The notes: generated by a model from the sequence alone, not told the origin. 64,000 nucleotides of DNA from Polyangiaceae bacterium (GCA_965222375.1 CBDCTZ010000016.1:608001-672000), one strand, 5' to 3'. Positions 9,673 to 19,673 are shown, counted from the stretch's first letter. A program made the numbers and translations.

Positions 9673-10842
9673 ATGACCAGGCTTGGCTTTCGACACCTTT
9701 TCTTGACACTGGCGGCGGTGGCGCCCGCCGTCGCGATTTCTTGTGGTGGCGGGGACGAGCGTACCTTTGTGGAACCGGATGCTGCTGCCACCGGAGGCTC
9801 TGCCGGTGCGAGCGGGAGTGCGGGTTCTGCTGGCGTCGCTGGTAGCGGCGGTACTGCAGGTGATGCGGGCACTCCCTGCAAAGATGCCAAGGAGTGTGAT
9901 GACGGCGATCCCTGCAATGGAACCGAGACCTGCTCTGGCGTGTGCCAAGCTGGCACGCCGATGAAAGACGGCGAGGTGTGCAAACCACCGGACGACGCCG
10001 GGCTAGGTAGTGTGTGCTTTCAGGGAGTGTGCTCGCCGTCCTGCAAAGAAGACAAGGACTGCAGCGACAACGATGTATGCACTGGAACGGAGACCTGCAA
10101 TCCCACCGCCAAGGTCTGCCAAGTCGGCACGCCCCTGTCCTGTGACGACAACGACGACTGCACCGAAAACAGCTGCGATGCTGAGAAGGGTTGCTTCTAC
10201 CCGCTGATCGACAAGGACGGGGACGGCCACGCTTCAACGACCTTGGGCAGCTGCGGTGACGACTGCGACGACAACGACAAGACCGTGTTCACTGGCGCTG
10301 CCGAGCTCTGCGACGGCAAGGACAACAACTGCAACGGCCATCAAAACGACGAGCTAGCGTCGACCTGGTATGCTGACTGCGACAACGACGGTTTTGCCGC
10401 AATCGGCGCGCCCAGCGCCGTCCTCTGCAACAAACCCGCCGCGCCGCATTCTTCGTGCAACTCCAAAAGTGGTGGCTGGACCACGCAGGCGCCCACGCCG
10501 GGCAATACAGACTGCTGGGACAAGGACGCCGATGCCCACCCCTACACGGCTGCCAACGAAATCAAGGCGTACCAAAACCACGCCATTACCGGCGCGCCCA
10601 CCCTCGTCGACTTCGACTACAACTGTGACAAGAAAGAGGAACGCCGCTATACGAATGGTGGCGTCGATCCGAACAACAGCCTTTGCCTGTCCTTCAATGG
10701 CGCTTGTCTCGGGCCCTCGGGCTACATCTCCTCACTCATCCCTGTTTGTGGCAAAGGCGGCTCCTACACGACTTGCGGCAAGGGCATCATCTTCGGTACC
10801 TGCCTGCGAACCACGTCTAACAAGATCCAAGAGTGCCGCTGA
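9673..10842 (+). CDS. Cys-rich lipoprotein with a MopE-related putative metal-binding motif
   Basis: AISC lipobox; CDDGDPCNGTETC repeats; DKDGDG..DCDDND..GAAELCDGKDNNCNG; RBS ggag. Confidence 0.8.
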   Translation: MTRLGFRHLFLTLAAVAPAVAISCGGGDERTFVEPDAAATGGSAGASGSAGSAGVAGSGGTAGDAGTPCKDAKECDDGDPCNGTETCSGVCQAGTPMKDGEVCKPPDDAGLGSVCFQGVCSPSCKEDKDCSDNDVCTGTETCNPTAKVCQVGTPLSCDDNDDCTENSCDAEKGCFYPLIDKDGDGHASTTLGSCGDDCDDNDKTVFTGAAELCDGKDNNCNGHQNDELASTWYADCDNDGFAAIGAPSAVLCNKPAAPHSSCNSKSGGWTTQAPTPGNTDCWDKDADAHPYTAANEIKAYQNHAITGAPTLVDFDYNCDKKEERRYTNGGVDPNNSLCLSFNGACLGPSGYISSLIPVCGKGGSYTTCGKGIIFGTCLRTTSNKIQECR

Positions 10843-10908
10843 CCTCGCTCTGAATCGCACGACAGTCGCGCCTGGTTGTGTGCCGTCCGTCGCGGATCCC
10901 CGGCCGCG

Positions 10909-10944
10909 GTGGCACAGCGGGCAGGTACAGTGGCACAGCGTGCC
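10909..10944 (+). promoter_or_regulatory. Direct repeat GTGGCACAGCG x2 (21-bp period), candidate activator site
   Basis: Copies at 10909 and 10930; the second is part of the palindrome GGCAC-AGC-GTGCC; ~40 bp upstream of a sigma54-like element. Confidence 0.5.
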
Positions 10945-10980
10945 CCCGCAGTTTGCCAGCGCTTTTACGATAGGGGCGTT

Positions 10981-10996
10981 CGGCCCAGGATTTGCT
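10981..10996 (+). promoter_or_regulatory. Putative sigma54 -24/-12 promoter
   Basis: CGGCCCAGGATTTGCT (GG-N10-GC with TTGC). Confidence 0.55.
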
Positions 10997-11008
10997 AAAC
11001 GCCGCGGC

Positions 11009-11809
11009 ATGCGCACACAACTTTCGCTCATCGCCGTGTTCCTCCTGGCGACCGCCTGCGGCGGCTCCTCCAGCTCAGACAACAGCAATCCCGATGCGGG
11101 GACCGGTGGGTCCGGTGCTAGCAGCGGGACCGGGGGGTCCGGTGCCAGCAGCGGGACCGCGGGGGTCGGTGCCAGCAGCGGGAGTGGTGGATCCAGCGCC
11201 AGCGGCGGGTCCGGTGCGACATCAGGCAGCGGCGGTAAAGGCGCGACGGGCGGAACTGGCGCCGTCGCCGGTCAGGGCGGCGGCGGCAACGACCCGGTCG
11301 CCGGCGAATGCGTCACGGATGACGACTGCGAAATGCTGAGTGATTGCTGCAGCTGCATCGTGGCGCCCAAGGGCAAAGCAAAGCTCCCCTACTGCGAGCC
11401 TACGCCTTGTTTCGCAGACCAGTGCTCTGCCAACCAAATCCAGAAAGCTAGCTGCGTCGCGGGCCAATGCATCAAGGGGTTCGAGTGCGACAGCTCAAAG
11501 GTGTTCTGCAACGCGCTTCCCCCGCTTTGTGAGGGTGGCGAGGTGCCAAGCGTGGACAATGGCTGCTGGGGCCCCTGCGTGCCCGCAGTTCAGTGCGCAT
11601 CTGTCGCCAATTGCAGTGAGTGCCCTGGGGGTACTTCCTGTGTCGTCAATCAGGCCTGGACCAGTACTGCGCATTGCGTGAACGTCCCCGCAGGCTGTGC
11701 GGCCGACTGCTCGTGCTTGGGCAAAGCGGTCTGCACCGGTGCCTTCAATGCCTGCATCGACAAGGTCAACGACGGCTCCGCCCTCCACTGCGAGTGTCCC
11801 ACCTGTTGA
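11009..11809 (+). CDS. Gly/Ser-linker, Cys-rich lipoprotein
   Basis: MRTQLS..ATAC lipobox; GTGGSGASS repeats; Cys-rich C-terminal domain. Confidence 0.75.
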   Translation: MRTQLSLIAVFLLATACGGSSSSDNSNPDAGTGGSGASSGTGGSGASSGTAGVGASSGSGGSSASGGSGATSGSGGKGATGGTGAVAGQGGGGNDPVAGECVTDDDCEMLSDCCSCIVAPKGKAKLPYCEPTPCFADQCSANQIQKASCVAGQCIKGFECDSSKVFCNALPPLCEGGEVPSVDNGCWGPCVPAVQCASVANCSECPGGTSCVVNQAWTSTAHCVNVPAGCAADCSCLGKAVCTGAFNACIDKVNDGSALHCECPTC

Positions 11810-11929
11810 CATCGCTCGGGATCCCGACGCAGGTCGCGCTCCCAATCGCCCGACACATTGAGCCCGCTCCGGGGTCTTCGGCTGGGCTGAGCAACCAGTG
11901 CGTGGACGATCCCCGCACCCTCGGGCAGG

Positions 11930-13132
11930 ATGCGTCCGATGAGCGAACGCCTGTGTCGACACTGCACGGCGCCATTGCCACCTGTGGGGCCTGGTGGCGC
12001 CGGAGCCTGCAGCGCATGTGGAACTCTATTTGGTTTGCAGGCAGATCTGGAGGAATACGCCAAGGCCGTTTTGGACGGGCGCAGCGACGTGCCCCGGCCT
12101 AGCGCGCTGCCCCAGAAGCGCATGCGTGTCGAGTGGCAACGCAGCGCTGACGAGAACTATCGCGAGCGAAGAGCAGGGCGGCTCAATATCGTCATCTCCC
12201 ACCTGGCTGCGCGCTCTCTCGCACTGTGGCCGCTGACGTTGCTGGCGGCTGGGGGTGTGGCGTACGGCTGGTGGTACCTGCGAGGGACCTTTAGTTGGAT
12301 CCTGGCGCTCGCCACTCTTTTCGTCGCGGCCCGGGTGGTGCGTCGCACGCTGACCCTCTTCGATCGCTTCGAGCTGTCTTTGGACGAGAGCACTTTGCGT
12401 ACGTCGACCAGCCGCTTCTGGCCACGCCGAGTGGTGGAGTTGCCTCGTGCGAATGTCGCACAGCTATTCGCGATCAAGCCGGCGCGGGGATATGGCCTGG
12501 CCGCGGCAACGAAGGACGGCAAGACTCGCATCATTGCCTTTCCAATCGCTACTGCAGAGCTGGCTTGGTACCTGGAAAGGCAAGTCGAGTTAGCTGCTGG
12601 GATCGGCGACAAAGCTGTCGCCAAGGAGCTGAATCGCAGCATGCCAGCTCCAAAGACAAGTACGCGTCTCTTGACGTTCGTCGAAGTGGGCTTCCTGCTG
12701 TTGCTGACTGGGGGCGCTGTTTTCGGTGTGCGTTCCTGTGGAGCGCCTTTGGGGAGTGTGGCGGTGCAGGAGGTTCCGCGGGAACTCAGCGTGGAATTGC
12801 CCAAAGCGGGAGTGCTCTTCTTCTCAACCGAGTTGGACTTTGCCCAGAGCAGGTACTACGGCCTCGACGAAGTTCCACGCAGCATGCGTTACGACATCCA
12901 AGTGCTGCAGGGCGCCAAGGCACTGCACAGCATGAGCTGTGATCCCGTCGACATGTTCATCTGGGTGTCGAGCACAACCAACAAGAAGTACTCCAGCGTC
13001 GAGGGTCGGATGAATGGCTGCGCCGTGAAGCTCCCGGCGGGCACCTACACTGTGAGAGTCGCACGCACCTGGCTGCCGGGACCGCGCCGCGTGCGGTACT
13101 CCCAAACCGAAATCACCGCGCGGTTGGACTAG
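11930..13132 (+). CDS. Hypothetical membrane protein with an N-terminal CxxC..CxxC zinc ribbon
   Basis: CRHC..CSAC; three hydrophobic segments. Confidence 0.6.
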   Translation: MRPMSERLCRHCTAPLPPVGPGGAGACSACGTLFGLQADLEEYAKAVLDGRSDVPRPSALPQKRMRVEWQRSADENYRERRAGRLNIVISHLAARSLALWPLTLLAAGGVAYGWWYLRGTFSWILALATLFVAARVVRRTLTLFDRFELSLDESTLRTSTSRFWPRRVVELPRANVAQLFAIKPARGYGLAAATKDGKTRIIAFPIATAELAWYLERQVELAAGIGDKAVAKELNRSMPAPKTSTRLLTFVEVGFLLLLTGGAVFGVRSCGAPLGSVAVQEVPRELSVELPKAGVLFFSTELDFAQSRYYGLDEVPRSMRYDIQVLQGAKALHSMSCDPVDMFIWVSSTTNKKYSSVEGRMNGCAVKLPAGTYTVRVARTWLPGPRRVRYSQTEITARLD

Positions 13133-13169
13133 ACAGCGCGCGGGCTTTCCGGGCGCTTTCCTTTACGTT

Positions 13170-13946
13170 TTGAGGTTGGTGGTGCACGCTAATGACGTGC
13201 GAAGTGCATCCCTCGCCCTGTTGTTTCTGGCCGGGGCTGTCGCGGCCAGTTGCGCGTCCCCGGAGGAAATCGACAAAGCCGGAACCCTGGGGGGCGAGTG
13301 TTACCCGAATGGGACCTGTGATGCGTCCTACGTCTGCGTTTGGGGGATCTGCAACTTTCCCGACGCCGGAACAGACGCGCTTGCTACGGGGGGGGCATCC
13401 GGTGCGGTCAGTACTGGGGGCACAGCGGGCGTCAGCGGCGGGGCGGCGGGCTCAGGCGCCGTCTCCGGCACGGGCGGTTTGCCAACCGGCGGCAGCGGCG
13501 GATTCAGTACTGGTGGCATCGGCGCGACGGGAGGAATCGGCGCCACGGGCGGTGTGCCCGCGACCGGGGGCGTTGGTGCGACCGGCGGAACTGGCGCTGG
13601 GGGAAGTGGAGGCTCGACCGGTAACCTGCCCGCACCGACTAACGTCCAGGGCTGCACTAGCTGCGGCTGTTGCGATCCCTGGAACATCACTTGGTCGGCG
13701 GTGACCGGTGCCACCCACTATCAAGTCGCGTGGAAGTGCTCCATCTTCCCCGTACATGCCATCAACGTAGGTACGGTGACGAAGGTCGATCTGTGCAGCT
13801 CTACCATTGGCATGTGCAGCGTCTCCGAGTGCGCCAACGGTGTCGGCGCCGTTTCCGTGCAGGCCTGCAACACCAGCGGTTGTTCGCCCCAGGCCTTCGT
13901 GACGGTTGGGCTGCCCCTGGCGTGCGGTGGCGGCTGTTGCTGCTAA
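13170..13946 (+). CDS. Cys/Gly-rich lipoprotein with an FN3-like C-terminal domain ending GGGCCC
   Basis: AASC lipobox; PAPTNV..ITWSAVTGATHYQV..VQACN FN3-like pattern; start uncertain. Confidence 0.7.
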   Translation: MRLVVHANDVRSASLALLFLAGAVAASCASPEEIDKAGTLGGECYPNGTCDASYVCVWGICNFPDAGTDALATGGASGAVSTGGTAGVSGGAAGSGAVSGTGGLPTGGSGGFSTGGIGATGGIGATGGVPATGGVGATGGTGAGGSGGSTGNLPAPTNVQGCTSCGCCDPWNITWSAVTGATHYQVAWKCSIFPVHAINVGTVTKVDLCSSTIGMCSVSECANGVGAVSVQACNTSGCSPQAFVTVGLPLACGGGCCC

Positions 13947-14044
13947 AATCTGTCGGTCTTGAACAAAATGCGCAGCGCGGGCGTCATTTGGTAGGCAACT
14001 AGCTTCTTTTGCGGACGAAGTGCGTCGGTACAAGGAGTTTTCGT

Positions 14045-15697
14045 ATGAATTCAAACTTCTTCCCTCGTACCCTCGTTTCGCTCGGGGCCTTGCTCATTGC
14101 GGCCGCATCGGTCGCTGCCGGTTGCGCGAACGGAAGCCCGATCGAAAACGAGGCGCCGGACTGCACCGGAGACGAGTGTGCCGAAGACGCCGGCGCCGAT
14201 TCGGCAACGTCTCCCGATTCAGCGGCCTCCGATGGGGGAGCGCCGGATGTACCGAGTTGCGTACCTACCAGCCAAGCGGACGAGCCCGATGATGACCGCT
14301 TGGATGCCAACTGCGACGGCGTCGACGGTGATGTGGACAAAGCCGTCTTCCTGTCTCCGGACGGGGACGACACCGCCGCGGGAACGATCGACGCGCCGGT
14401 CAAGACCTTTGCCGAAGCGACGAAACGCGCCACTGCAGACAAGAAGGACGTTTACGTGTGCAACGGGACCTATGACGACAATGCCGTTTTCGGTTCTGGT
14501 CACTCGCTACGTTTCTTCGGCGGCTACGACTGCAAGAACGATTGGGCCCGCGGGGACGAACACGCCGTGGTGGCTCCGCAGACGGGCCTACCACTCTACA
14601 TGGAGGGTGTGAACAAGCTATCCATGGAGCAGATGGACTTCCGCGCGCAGCACGCCACACTCCCCAGCGACAGCTCTGTTGCTGCGGTGATCAAAGCGTC
14701 GTTTGGGGTCGAGTTCCGTCGCGCCGTCTTCGAAGCTGGCAACGGCGCGGACGGCAAGAGCGGCGTCACGCCAGCGCCCTTCGCAGCTCCAGCCACGGCA
14801 GGTCAAGACGGCGAGTCCGCGCCGGAAACGTGCTCGACCAGTTCACCTCAAGGCAAGTGCCTGTTGCAGCCCGCGGGTGGCGGCTGGGGCGCGTCGGCCT
14901 ACAAATGTGCAGACGGTTTGGCCACGACGGGTGGTCGCGGTGGCGGCGGCGGCAACGTGAAGCTGAGCGTTGCCGCTCAAGATGGCGGGTTCGGCCTCCC
15001 CATTGGCGGCCAGGGAGGTAAGGTCGTCGGCACAGGCTCCGCCGGGAAGACTGGTGCGCCGGGCGCCCACGGCATGCCGGGCGGTGACTTCGGCGTGTTC
15101 CTGGACGGCAAGTACGACGCGACGAACGCTGGCACCGACGGCACCGCAGGCAAGACTGGCCTTGCGGGTGGTGGTGGCAGCGGCGGCAAGGGCGCTTGGG
15201 CTTGCCCTGATCTGTTCACTTGCTACTACCGCGGCGGCGGTGGTGGCCAGGGTGGATATGGCGGTTGCGGTGGCCCAGCCGGGAGTGCCGGTGGCGGTGG
15301 TGGCGGATCCTTCGCGTTGATCTTGATCGACGCGCCGATCGCGCTCAAAGAAGTCACGGTCAAGACTGGAGTCGGGGGCAACGGAGGTCCCGGGGCGGCG
15401 GGCGCACTCGGTCAAATTGGGGGCAAGCCTGGCAACGGCGGAGCTGCGGCGCAAGGCCACGACGGCGCGCCGGGGGGCGCGGGCGGCAGCGGCGGCCCCG
15501 GGGGTAACGGAGGTCCCGGTGGTGGCGGTCCCAGTTTCGGTATCGTGTACAGGGGCGCTGCGCACAGCATTGATGCGGTGTCGTTCAAAGTGGGCGTACC
15601 AGGGCAGGGTGGCGCGGCCCTCGCAGGACCCAGCGCGCCGCCAGGCATTGGCGGATTCACCCTCGAGATCGACAAAGACGGTCTGCCAACCAACTGA
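14045..15697 (+). CDS. PGRS-like Gly-rich lipoprotein (DUF1565-like N-terminal motif)
   Basis: AAGC lipobox; DANCDGVDG; VFLSPDGDDTAAGTIDAPVKT; long GGxGGxG tracts. Confidence 0.75.
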   Translation: MNSNFFPRTLVSLGALLIAAASVAAGCANGSPIENEAPDCTGDECAEDAGADSATSPDSAASDGGAPDVPSCVPTSQADEPDDDRLDANCDGVDGDVDKAVFLSPDGDDTAAGTIDAPVKTFAEATKRATADKKDVYVCNGTYDDNAVFGSGHSLRFFGGYDCKNDWARGDEHAVVAPQTGLPLYMEGVNKLSMEQMDFRAQHATLPSDSSVAAVIKASFGVEFRRAVFEAGNGADGKSGVTPAPFAAPATAGQDGESAPETCSTSSPQGKCLLQPAGGGWGASAYKCADGLATTGGRGGGGGNVKLSVAAQDGGFGLPIGGQGGKVVGTGSAGKTGAPGAHGMPGGDFGVFLDGKYDATNAGTDGTAGKTGLAGGGGSGGKGAWACPDLFTCYYRGGGGGQGGYGGCGGPAGSAGGGGGGSFALILIDAPIALKEVTVKTGVGGNGGPGAAGALGQIGGKPGNGGAAAQGHDGAPGGAGGSGGPGGNGGPGGGGPSFGIVYRGAAHSIDAVSFKVGVPGQGGAALAGPSAPPGIGGFTLEIDKDGLPTN

Positions 15698-15864
15698 GTC
15701 GCCCCCCAGTGCCGGGCACCGTCACGGGTTTCCCGGCGGCGCACTGCAAAAACCGACGGGGCAAGGTCCTCCTGGATGGCACGCGGGTTTGATGCAGATC
15801 TGGTCGCTCCTGCGGTCCCCTTTCACTTCGCAGCGACCCGGGTCGAGGCTAGGGTTAAGCCCCA

Positions 15865-16419
15865 ATGCAACGCCGCGGCTGGATTCAAGCGTTCTGCCTC
15901 GTGGGCCTCGGTCTGGCTAGCCCGGCGCGGGCGGCCGCCAAACAGCGCAACGCCTACACCGAGCGCGCGCTTCGTGGAGACAACGGGGCACGAACCAGTT
16001 TGGCTGCAGCGGCAGGGGGTCATCGCTTGGTGGTCGTCGTGATGAAGGGCACGTGGTGCCCGGTCTGCATCAAGCAGCTGCAGCGCTTGGCGAAACTGGA
16101 CAAGGCGCTGAAGCGTTTGGGCGTTCGGGTGGTGGGCCTGACCCACGAAGGCGTCGAAAAAGCGAACAGGCTTCGCAAGGAGCGTGCCTTGAGGCACCCC
16201 ATCCTGAGCGATCCGAAGCACGAGGTCCTGAGCCTGCTCGGTCTGTGGAGACCTCAGTGGGGCCACCCGTTGCCGGCAATGGTGATCTTCGATCGCTGCG
16301 GCAAAGAGCGGGGTCGCATTTCTGGCCGGGCGCCTGGAGAACGGCCAGAGCGGGCGCTGCTGAGGTTCTTGAAGAAGCTGGTCAAGCGGCCTGAGCGTTG
16401 CAACAAGATCAACGCGTGA
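15865..16419 (+). CDS. Exported AhpC/TSA peroxiredoxin-like redoxin
   Basis: GTWCPVC, PILSDP, P.MVIFD; signal-like N-terminus. Confidence 0.8.
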   Translation: MQRRGWIQAFCLVGLGLASPARAAAKQRNAYTERALRGDNGARTSLAAAAGGHRLVVVVMKGTWCPVCIKQLQRLAKLDKALKRLGVRVVGLTHEGVEKANRLRKERALRHPILSDPKHEVLSLLGLWRPQWGHPLPAMVIFDRCGKERGRISGRAPGERPERALLRFLKKLVKRPERCNKINA

Positions 16420-16425
16420 GTCATC

Positions 16426-16725
16426 GTGGACGTATGGTTTGTGTACATGGCGCGCTGCGCCGACGGTAGTTTGTACACAGGCATCGCGCGGGATGTTGCT
16501 GCGCGGATCCGTGCTCATGACGCGGGTCGCGGTGCGCGCTACACGCGTGGTCGGGGCCCACTTTCGCTGTGTGCAACGCGGCGCTGCCATTCCAAGACAA
16601 CCGCGCTGCGCCTAGAGTTGGCCATCAAGGCTCTTTCGCGTGCGGACAAAGAAGCCATTGCGGACTCAACGGCGCTGCGCGTTTTCGCGAAGCGTTGGTC
16701 GCGGCGTGGCCCGACTCGGGGCTGA
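16426..16725 (+). CDS. Small GIY-YIG nuclease family protein (UPF0213/YhbQ-like)
   Basis: WFVYMARCADGSLYTGIA..RIRAH..GARYTRGRGP..E..IK. Confidence 0.9.
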   Translation: MDVWFVYMARCADGSLYTGIARDVAARIRAHDAGRGARYTRGRGPLSLCATRRCHSKTTALRLELAIKALSRADKEAIADSTALRVFAKRWSRRGPTRG

Positions 16726-16801
16726 GCGGGCTGGCTGTCAGCGCTGTCTGTGCCAGCCGCCGAGTGTGCCAAATTCACCCCAACTTTCCCGGCGTTTTTG
16801 G

Positions 16802-16817
16802 TGGCATGCCGCCTGCA
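16802..16817 (+). promoter_or_regulatory. Putative sigma54 promoter
   Basis: TGGCATGCCGCCTGCA (GG-N10-GC), just upstream of ATG 16831. Confidence 0.6.
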
Positions 16818-16830
16818 GTAGACTTGGCCC

Positions 16831-18216
16831 ATGCAGCTTCGAAGTTCTCTAGGTGTGTTTCGGCTCAGCGTGCTGCTGGCCTTGGGCTTGCCAGCCTCCG
16901 CCTGCAGTGGCGACAGCACCGAGGATGGCAAGGTCACGCCATGCTCGAACTCAAAGCCGATGACCGGGCAGCCAGAACTCGAGCAATGCACCGAGGGCTT
17001 CGTGCATCGGCCCAGAGCCGCTCAATGCCAAAGCCAGCTACCCCGATCGGACAAATGCGATCCGACCTTGGGTGGCGGGCCAGCCGCTTGCTCCACGGAT
17101 GCCGACTGCACGGACAAGCCCCATGGTCAGTGCGGCATCGTCGGGCAGATCGTCGAATGCAGCTGCCAATACGGCTGTGTCACGGACGCCGACTGCGATG
17201 CGGGGGAAGTTTGCAACTGCGGGAACCCGGTTGGTCGATGCGCCAAGGCGACCTGCAAAACGGACGCTGACTGTAGCGGGGGCGCGCTGTGCGTGCAGAC
17301 CCGGATGTCGAAATGCAGTTGGTCCTCGGGCTTCGCTTGCCAGCGACCGAACGACGCTTGCCTGACGGACCAGGATTGCGCTCCAGGCGAGCAGTGCGCC
17401 CTGACCGACGCCGGGCGCAAGTGCTTGCAAAACGATTGCCCCGTTCCCGGGCGCCCCTTCTTGGTCGAGGAGCAAGCGCGGGTGGCGGACGTCGCGTGCC
17501 GCAGCGATTGGAGCGAGGAGTTGGCGCCCCGCTTGGTGAACGTTCCTGAAGCCGTGCGAGCCAACTTGGCCGATCATTGGACCAAGGTCGGCCAGATGGA
17601 GCACGCATCCGTAGCGGCCTTCGCACGCTTTGCTTTGCAGCTACTCGGACTTGGGGCGCCCGCCCTCCTCTTGGAAGAAGTGCAACAGGCCATGGTGGAT
17701 GAAACACGCCATGCCAAGGTGTGCTTTGGTCTGGCCTCGGCGTATTTGTGCCGCCCTGTGGGACCGGGCCCGCTCCAAGTTGACGATGCCCTCGGTCCCC
17801 AAGACGTTGCGGAAGTGGTGCGCATGACCTTCCGCGAAGGTTGCGTCGGCGAAACCTTCGCTGCTCACGAGGCGCGCCAATCGGGGCTTGCCGCGACGGA
17901 TCCCGTGGTCAAAGAACTGCTTGGCGGCATCGCGGCCGACGAAGAGCGGCACGCTCTGACGGCGTGGAAGTTCGTCAAGTGGGCGCTCGGCGAGTTTGGA
18001 GCGCCTGTGCGCGACGTGCTGCGGCAGGAGGTCGCGCGACTGGAAGCGCAGCCCGCCGCTGCATCCGAAGCCAACGACGATCTCGCGCCGCATGGCGTGT
18101 TCGGCGAGAGCACGCGCCTCTCGCTGCACGCCGAAGCACTCCGGACCGTGGTGCTACCCTGCGCCCGAGCTCTTCTGGAGGCCCCCCGACAAAACGCCCC
18201 CGGGGCGGCTGCCTGA
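16831..18216 (+). CDS. Lipoprotein: Cys-rich N-terminal region + ferritin-like di-iron domain
   Basis: ASAC lipobox; CxTDADC repeats; GRP linker; EHASV, DETRH, EGCVGE, DEERH. Confidence 0.8.
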   Translation: MQLRSSLGVFRLSVLLALGLPASACSGDSTEDGKVTPCSNSKPMTGQPELEQCTEGFVHRPRAAQCQSQLPRSDKCDPTLGGGPAACSTDADCTDKPHGQCGIVGQIVECSCQYGCVTDADCDAGEVCNCGNPVGRCAKATCKTDADCSGGALCVQTRMSKCSWSSGFACQRPNDACLTDQDCAPGEQCALTDAGRKCLQNDCPVPGRPFLVEEQARVADVACRSDWSEELAPRLVNVPEAVRANLADHWTKVGQMEHASVAAFARFALQLLGLGAPALLLEEVQQAMVDETRHAKVCFGLASAYLCRPVGPGPLQVDDALGPQDVAEVVRMTFREGCVGETFAAHEARQSGLAATDPVVKELLGGIAADEERHALTAWKFVKWALGEFGAPVRDVLRQEVARLEAQPAAASEANDDLAPHGVFGESTRLSLHAEALRTVVLPCARALLEAPRQNAPGAAA

Positions 18217-18274
18217 TTCAACGAAACAAGCGATCCAGCGCCGTGCTTCGGAACTGCGCTAGGCTCGCAAGCGC

Positions 18275-19639
18275 GTGGACAGTTCGCAGCGCATTGGGCG
18301 CTACGCCATCTATGACGAGATCGCCGCTGGCGGGATGGCGACGGTGCACCTTGCGCGCCAGCGCGGAGAAGCTGACTTTGAGCGCACGGTCGCAGTCAAG
18401 CGGCTCCACCCGGCCCTTGCCAAAGATCCCGACGTAGCAGAAGCGTTTGCGAACGAAGCCCGGCATGTTTCGCGGGTGCAACACGCCAACGTCGTTCCGG
18501 TGCTCGATGTGGTTCGAGAGGCGGGCGAGCTCGTCTTGGTGATGGAGCTCGTGGTCGGCGCACCGCTCTCCACGCTAACCAAGCAAGCGCGGCTGCAGGG
18601 GCGCCGCACTCCGCCAAGCGTAGCCGTCGCGATCGTGGCGGACGCTCTGCGGGGCCTGCACGCGGCTCACGGCGCAGAGGACGAGCGCAGTCGGCCTTTG
18701 CTTCTGGTCCACCGCGACGTTTCTCCCCAGAACATTCTGGTCGGCGTGGATGGTGTCGCCCGAGTGCTCGACTTCGGCATCGCGAAGGCGATGGGCCAAA
18801 ACCCCACGACCCGGGGGCAGCTCAAGGGTAAGCCGAGTTACATGTCGCCGGAGCAGCTGCACGGCGATGAGGTCGACGCTCGCACGGATGTCTACGCCGC
18901 CGCTGTCGTATTGTGGGAGGTGTTGACCGGACAGCGCTTGTTTGCCGGTGACAACGACCTAGCGGTCTCCCGCAAGATCTTGAGCAAGACCGTCGATGCG
19001 CCGACTCGGCTCGACCCCAAGCTGCCCAAGGCCCTGGACGCGTTGACCCTGCGGGGCTTGGACCGCGACCCCGATCAGCGTTTCGCGACTGCCCTCGAGT
19101 TTGCCGAGGCCCTGGAGAAAGCCGTTGCTCCGGCGTCGGCCTCGGAGGTGGGCGCCTACCTGCGGGAACTGTGCGCCACGGAAGTTCTCGCCATCGAAGA
19201 GGCCAAAAGGCGGGTCGAAGCGGACGAGTCCGCCGCCACCTCCGAGCCGCCACCCTCTGGCCCAACTACATCGCGCCTTTGGTACGTAGCGCTTGCTGCC
19301 GCGGTCGTCGTAGGCGGCGTGTTCATTGGGTTGAGGCGGACGTCGCCCGATGTCCCGGCGCGCGGCAGCGCGAGTGCGGCGGTGCCGGCGTCGCGTCCTA
19401 GCGCTACTCCGCCCGTGCAGTCCGTCAAGCCACCCACTTCTAGCGGGGCTGGTGAGCACGCACCAGCGGCGCCGACAGCGTCAGTGCCAAAACCCCAGAG
19501 GTCGGTCGCGCCGCGACCCCCAGCGCGGTCCCCTCGGCCGAAAACCCCGGCGGCGCCCACCGAGAAGGCCAAGGATTGCGATCCGCCCTACGTTGTGGAC
19601 CAAGACGGTTTCCATCGGATGAAACCCCACTGCCTCTAA
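18275..19639 (+). CDS. Membrane-anchored Hanks-type Ser/Thr protein kinase
   Basis: GGMATV, VAVK, HRDVSPQN, DFG, GKPSYMSPEQ; TM; Pro-rich stalk; terminal DCDPPYVVDQDGFHRMKPHCL. Confidence 0.95.
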   Translation: MDSSQRIGRYAIYDEIAAGGMATVHLARQRGEADFERTVAVKRLHPALAKDPDVAEAFANEARHVSRVQHANVVPVLDVVREAGELVLVMELVVGAPLSTLTKQARLQGRRTPPSVAVAIVADALRGLHAAHGAEDERSRPLLLVHRDVSPQNILVGVDGVARVLDFGIAKAMGQNPTTRGQLKGKPSYMSPEQLHGDEVDARTDVYAAAVVLWEVLTGQRLFAGDNDLAVSRKILSKTVDAPTRLDPKLPKALDALTLRGLDRDPDQRFATALEFAEALEKAVAPASASEVGAYLRELCATEVLAIEEAKRRVEADESAATSEPPPSGPTTSRLWYVALAAAVVVGGVFIGLRRTSPDVPARGSASAAVPASRPSATPPVQSVKPPTSSGAGEHAPAAPTASVPKPQRSVAPRPPARSPRPKTPAAPTEKAKDCDPPYVVDQDGFHRMKPHCL

Positions 19640-19673
19640 CTCCCTTCTCGTCGTGGCACGTTTGCGCTAGCGC

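Noticed and set aside
16426..16725. GIY-YIG gene as a homing endonuclease or mobile element
   Set aside because: Short stand-alone UPF0213 type; no intron, terminal repeats or transposase nearby
19654..19669. TGGCACG as a sigma54 promoter (similar near-misses at about 15777, 28115, 46200, 61398)
   Set aside because: GG-to-GC spacing is not 10 nt
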